In this document: positions 60,450 to 64,000 of the stretch, in pieces
Layout of the letters: the number at the start of each line of letters is the position of its first letter
How positions within the stretch are numbered: the stretch's first letter is position 1
Origin: Candidatus Latescibacterota bacterium
GTDB lineage: Bacteria; Latescibacterota; UBA2968; UBA8231
Direction of reading: 5' to 3'
Length of the DNA stretch: 64,000 nt
NCBI GenBank assembly: GCA_965248265.1
Contig: CBDFJF010000002.1
Span: 992,001 to 1,056,000, forward strand
The notes under the pieces: model-generated
Databases searched by the model: none
What the model was told of the DNA's origin: nothing
Seen by the model: the letters and a program-made list of their open reading frames with translations, nothing else
Translations under genes and position numbers: made by a program

Positions 60450-61934
60450 TCACAGGCCCTGTGCTTTCCATTCCGCCAGATCGTCCAGGGGGAAGAGCGG
60501 ACGCGGAGCCTTGGTGAAGTCGAGAATCCGCAAGTCCGACGGTGACAATCCCGGACAGTCCGCGAGGATGGCGGCCACGGATATCTCGCTGTAGGCCAGG
60601 CGGAATCCCACCGGCGTTTTGACGACGACGATCTTTGCTGTCGTTGGCTCGAGACCGAGGTGGCGATAGACCATGGGATCGTGGCCAGCGCCCACCTGTT
60701 CGCTCAATACAACCTTGACCTCCCCGGTGTCAACGACAACGGTGCGTCCCATATCGATATCACTGCCCAGATGGCCGCCGATGGTGAAACGCCCGTCCGA
60801 GATCCGGGTGACCCGGCCCGTCACCGACACCGGTTTGCTGAAGATCCGATCCCGTTTCCCGCCGACCGAGAGTGTGACCACCTCGCCGATACCCGCGACC
60901 ACGGCTTGCTCCACGGCAAGGGGATCCACGACTGTGACGAAGGCTGGCCCTCCAAGCGATTGCCCCAGCATGGCCCTGAGTAGATGGGTGCTGTCGCCAG
61001 GAGCACCGGAGTTTACGCTGTCGGAGCCGTCGGCGATGATGACGGGACCTCCCTCGATGGCGAGGGCCTGGCGGATGGCCTCAGGGGGCGGCACCTTCTG
61101 TTCGAAAAACTCCTCTCGAAGATTCCAGGCCATCTGTGCCAACTGATCAGCCAATTTCTGGGCCAATTCGATGTCACCCCTGGTAGTAACTACCGTGGTC
61201 CAGCCCAGTTCGGGAACGTCGAGCCAGGGTTGGACGGGGAACAGGGAGACGGACAGCACATCTGTTTGCTCCTCCAGCTCTCGCGCAGCATCGAACCACG
61301 TCTTCATCGGTTCTGTAGTGGTAAAAAACCTGTCCGCCGGCGCGATCATGGGGATTTTTCGCCATGCAATAATCGGCGTCATTTCCCCTCGAAGATGGGA
61401 GAACAGCAGCTCTGCCGTCCGTTTTCCGGTCTCGAACATGTCGATGTGGGGCAGTGACCGATATCCAACCAGGATGTCACAGTGGTCGATTATGCGCCGG
61501 GTGATGTTGGCGTGATGGTCCAGGGAGATCGCGATCGGCACCTGCGGGCCAACACTCATTCTGATCTGGCTCAAAAGTTGACCCTCCACATCGTCCATGG
61601 TCTCGGCGACCATTGAACCGTGGAGGGAGAGCAGGACCGCGTCCACGGGCAGCGCCGCGACCAGTTCGTTCAAGAGGGTTTCCTCCAGGTGGGTCATGAC
61701 GTTAGCTGCCACTGTGCCACCCGGCCACGCCCCTGCCGCCAGGATCGGTACAAGCTCAACGTCACCGGCGGCCTCTGCCGCAGCGACAAAGCCACCGATC
61801 TCCTGCCCATCGCGACAGTTGGGGAGGACCTCCTCCCCGACATGAAGTCGATAGGCCTGGAAGTCTTCGAGTTCACAGCGGACAGGAGAGAAGGTGTTGG
61901 TCTCCTGCCAGATCTGAGCGATGGCGATTCTCAT
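60450..61934 (-). CDS. M81 family metallopeptidase (MlrC-like)
   Basis: QETNTFSP, LSLHGSMV..DDVEG, LDHHAN, PHIDM, DSVNSGAPGD, VVKT. Confidence 0.9.
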   Translation of the reverse strand: MRIAIAQIWQETNTFSPVRCELEDFQAYRLHVGEEVLPNCRDGQEIGGFVAAAEAAGDVELVPILAAGAWPGGTVAANVMTHLEETLLNELVAALPVDAVLLSLHGSMVAETMDDVEGQLLSQIRMSVGPQVPIAISLDHHANITRRIIDHCDILVGYRSLPHIDMFETGKRTAELLFSHLRGEMTPIIAWRKIPMIAPADRFFTTTEPMKTWFDAARELEEQTDVLSVSLFPVQPWLDVPELGWTTVVTTRGDIELAQKLADQLAQMAWNLREEFFEQKVPPPEAIRQALAIEGGPVIIADGSDSVNSGAPGDSTHLLRAMLGQSLGGPAFVTVVDPLAVEQAVVAGIGEVVTLSVGGKRDRIFSKPVSVTGRVTRISDGRFTIGGHLGSDIDMGRTVVVDTGEVKVVLSEQVGAGHDPMVYRHLGLEPTTAKIVVVKTPVGFRLAYSEISVAAILADCPGLSPSDLRILDFTKAPRPLFPLDDLAEWKAQGL

Positions 61935-62077
61935 GGATTAGATTACCCCTCCCGCTGATTCGACGTCTCGCGGGCACTTTCAATTCGGTGGTGGGGAGCG
62001 ACGGTCCCTGTCTCGCGAATTGCACAATGTAATTCGCTCGGCAACGGGGGCGAAAGCTGAAAAGGAGTAAGGACTTC

Positions 62078-63685
62078 ATGGATCAAGAACGGAAAGCAGC
62101 CCGCTGGCGAAAGCGACGCATCATCTACAACAACGACGGCGACGACATCATCGAGACCAACAACCATTTAGGCGTCATTTCCGGACTGATGCAGCGCACG
62201 GACGGCGAGTTGATCGATGACTTTCTTCAGGCGCGCAGCAAGCCGCTGGCGGAAACCCAGGTGGACAGCATCTGGTATGCAACGTGTATGTCCGGACTCA
62301 CCTTCACCCACCAAACCAGGCTGGGTGGATTTCACAACAAGGGGATCCCTCAACAGCTGATTGAGCAGTACGGGCGCGACAACCTCCAGATTCAACTCGA
62401 CTTCTATCGTGAGCAGGAGATGGAGGGTTTCTGGTCATTGCGCATGAACGATACCCACGATTCGTGGCCCGGGGGGTCTGCCTTCCAGGTAGATGGCCTG
62501 GCTCCCTTCAAGCGGGAGCATCCGGAATGCTTGATGGGTGAGCCGCCCGACCCGGAGAATCCCGAGAAGGTAATCTGGACTGCCGTCGATTTCAGCTATC
62601 CTCAGGTCCGGGAGCACGTGTTCTCGTTGATCCAGGAAGTCTGTCAGGGATACAACGTGGATGGGGTGGAGCTCGATTTTCTCCGGTCCCCCTCCTATTT
62701 CGTGCCGACGGAAAACGGACTTGCGGTGGAGGAGGAACACCTGGACGCCATGACTGACCTGGTGCGGCGGGTCAGCGCGATGGCCGCGGAAGTAAGTCGG
62801 CAGCGAGGGCGTCCGCTGCTGCTGGCAGCACGCACGCCATTTTCCGTCGAGGATTCCAGATTCGTCGGACTCGACATAGAGCTGTGGCTGCAGGAAGATT
62901 TCATCGATATCTGGGTACCGGGCGGTCTTCAGGAATCGATTATGACCCAGTCGTTCAAGCCAATCGTCGACCTGGGACACCGCTACGATGTGCCGGTCTA
63001 TCCCTGTATCGCATGGGCCTTCTGGCAGAACTGGGCTTTCCTCGACGACGGAGCTGGAAGCAGCCGGACACGAGAGTTGTGGACGAAAGCCCTGCGCAGC
63101 GAGGGCACGGCCAATTTCGTGGCGCTCAATTCATGGGAAGGAGCGATGGCGGCATGGCGGAGTGGGGCGGTAAATCTGTGGAATGCCGGCGCGGACGGGA
63201 TCTACGTCTTCAATGGTTTTCACGGCGCCCCCGTCGATGTGTACGGGGAGATCGGGGATCTCGAAACGATGGCGAACAAGGACAAGATCTTCGGCGTAGA
63301 CCGTTTTGAGGGAGGCTCCAGCTTCTCAGACGCTCGCGAAGTGGAACTGCCGCAAGGGGAGCTCGTCACAACGGAGTTTCAGGTCGGCGAGGATATCGCG
63401 TCGTCGGGGAATGCCAGTGAGTTGCTGTTCCGTGTACATGTGTGGGACTTCTCGGGGGACGACGATATCTCCGTGAAGCTCAACGACCAATCACTGGATG
63501 ACCTGAAGCCAGCCGGCCCTGAGCAGGAATCGGGCGGGCAATGGCTCGAATGCCTCCTCCTCGACCCCGGTCAGGTCGCGAGGGGGAACAATAAGGTCGA
63601 GATGACGGTTACAAAGCGCGATGAATCGATACAGACGCCGCTCATTCTGGATGGCGTGCAACTGCGGGTTCATTACACGCACTGA
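62078..63685 (+). CDS. Uncharacterised GHL10-like TIM-barrel protein, paralog B
   Basis: RRIIYNNDGDD, LRMNDTHD, VDFSYPQVR, YNVDGVELDFLR, GADGIYVFN; collinear with 58764..60401. Confidence 0.7.
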   Translation: MDQERKAARWRKRRIIYNNDGDDIIETNNHLGVISGLMQRTDGELIDDFLQARSKPLAETQVDSIWYATCMSGLTFTHQTRLGGFHNKGIPQQLIEQYGRDNLQIQLDFYREQEMEGFWSLRMNDTHDSWPGGSAFQVDGLAPFKREHPECLMGEPPDPENPEKVIWTAVDFSYPQVREHVFSLIQEVCQGYNVDGVELDFLRSPSYFVPTENGLAVEEEHLDAMTDLVRRVSAMAAEVSRQRGRPLLLAARTPFSVEDSRFVGLDIELWLQEDFIDIWVPGGLQESIMTQSFKPIVDLGHRYDVPVYPCIAWAFWQNWAFLDDGAGSSRTRELWTKALRSEGTANFVALNSWEGAMAAWRSGAVNLWNAGADGIYVFNGFHGAPVDVYGEIGDLETMANKDKIFGVDRFEGGSSFSDAREVELPQGELVTTEFQVGEDIASSGNASELLFRVHVWDFSGDDDISVKLNDQSLDDLKPAGPEQESGGQWLECLLLDPGQVARGNNKVEMTVTKRDESIQTPLILDGVQLRVHYTH

Positions 63686-63889
63686 CGTCGGGTTGTCAGT
63701 CGACGATCCGGGTGCCGCGCTACTGATACGGCACGGGTTTAGCACCTTTGTGCGGGCCGATGCGCGTTACAACCATCCTTGCCGGGCCTCCCTTCGACGA
63801 ACAGTCGGGCGGCATCTTCTTCCGGCAATTCATCTGGATGATCTGAAGTGCCGACAATCTGCTCTGCGCTCGTCATTCAGCCGGCAATC

Positions 63890-64000
63890 CTAAGCTTCGT
63901 CGCGGAGAGCCCTCGCCTTGTGGACATATTCGAGGAGGAAAGCGAGGAAGATGGAGACGACGAGCCCGACCGCCCCGCTGACGAGAGATTTCTGGACCGG
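63890..64000 (-). CDS. 3' end of a probable Wzz/GNVR-type polysaccharide chain-length protein (partial)
   Basis: PVQKSLVSGAVGLVVSIFLAFLLEYVHKARALRDEA-stop, a typical C-terminal TM with G..G...FL.E. Confidence 0.55.
   Translation of the reverse strand, partial: PVQKSLVSGAVGLVVSIFLAFLLEYVHKARALRDEA

Overview
GC-rich bacterial DNA, densely coding, with about 55 CDSs. I found no rRNA, tRNA, CRISPR array or transposase. The gene content (PorU-like C25 protein with a CTD/FlgD-type tail, DUF342/FapA protein, several PhyH dioxygenases, MetE-II proteins, a sulfatase and GHL10-like barrels) suggests an FCB-group, Latescibacterota-like organism; that assignment is inference. The centre of the window is a selenium neighbourhood. 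senA-senB (selenoneine synthesis) run divergently from a selD that has an in-frame TGA (C-G-U-A-A-K) followed by a SECIS-like hairpin. selD is followed by a PhnD/C/E-like 'putative selenate' ABC transporter and a porin. Downstream of senB on the minus strand is a tightly coupled operon (16228->7082): a Crp regulator, two small proteins, an orphan GlmL/MutL-type ASKHA ATPase with no mutase, a sandwich-hybrid partner, four membrane proteins, an aldo-keto reductase, and a small membrane protein split by an in-frame TGA with its own SECIS-like hairpin, which is a candidate unannotated selenoprotein. Other oddities are a C25 protease with Ser in place of the catalytic Cys, a G-free 13-bp tandem repeat after selD, amber-terminated mini-ORFs in front of the ABC ATPase and permease, and a MITE-like inverted repeat. 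The right third is a run of catabolic enzymes with unknown substrates. All family calls come from motifs recognised by eye; no searches were run.
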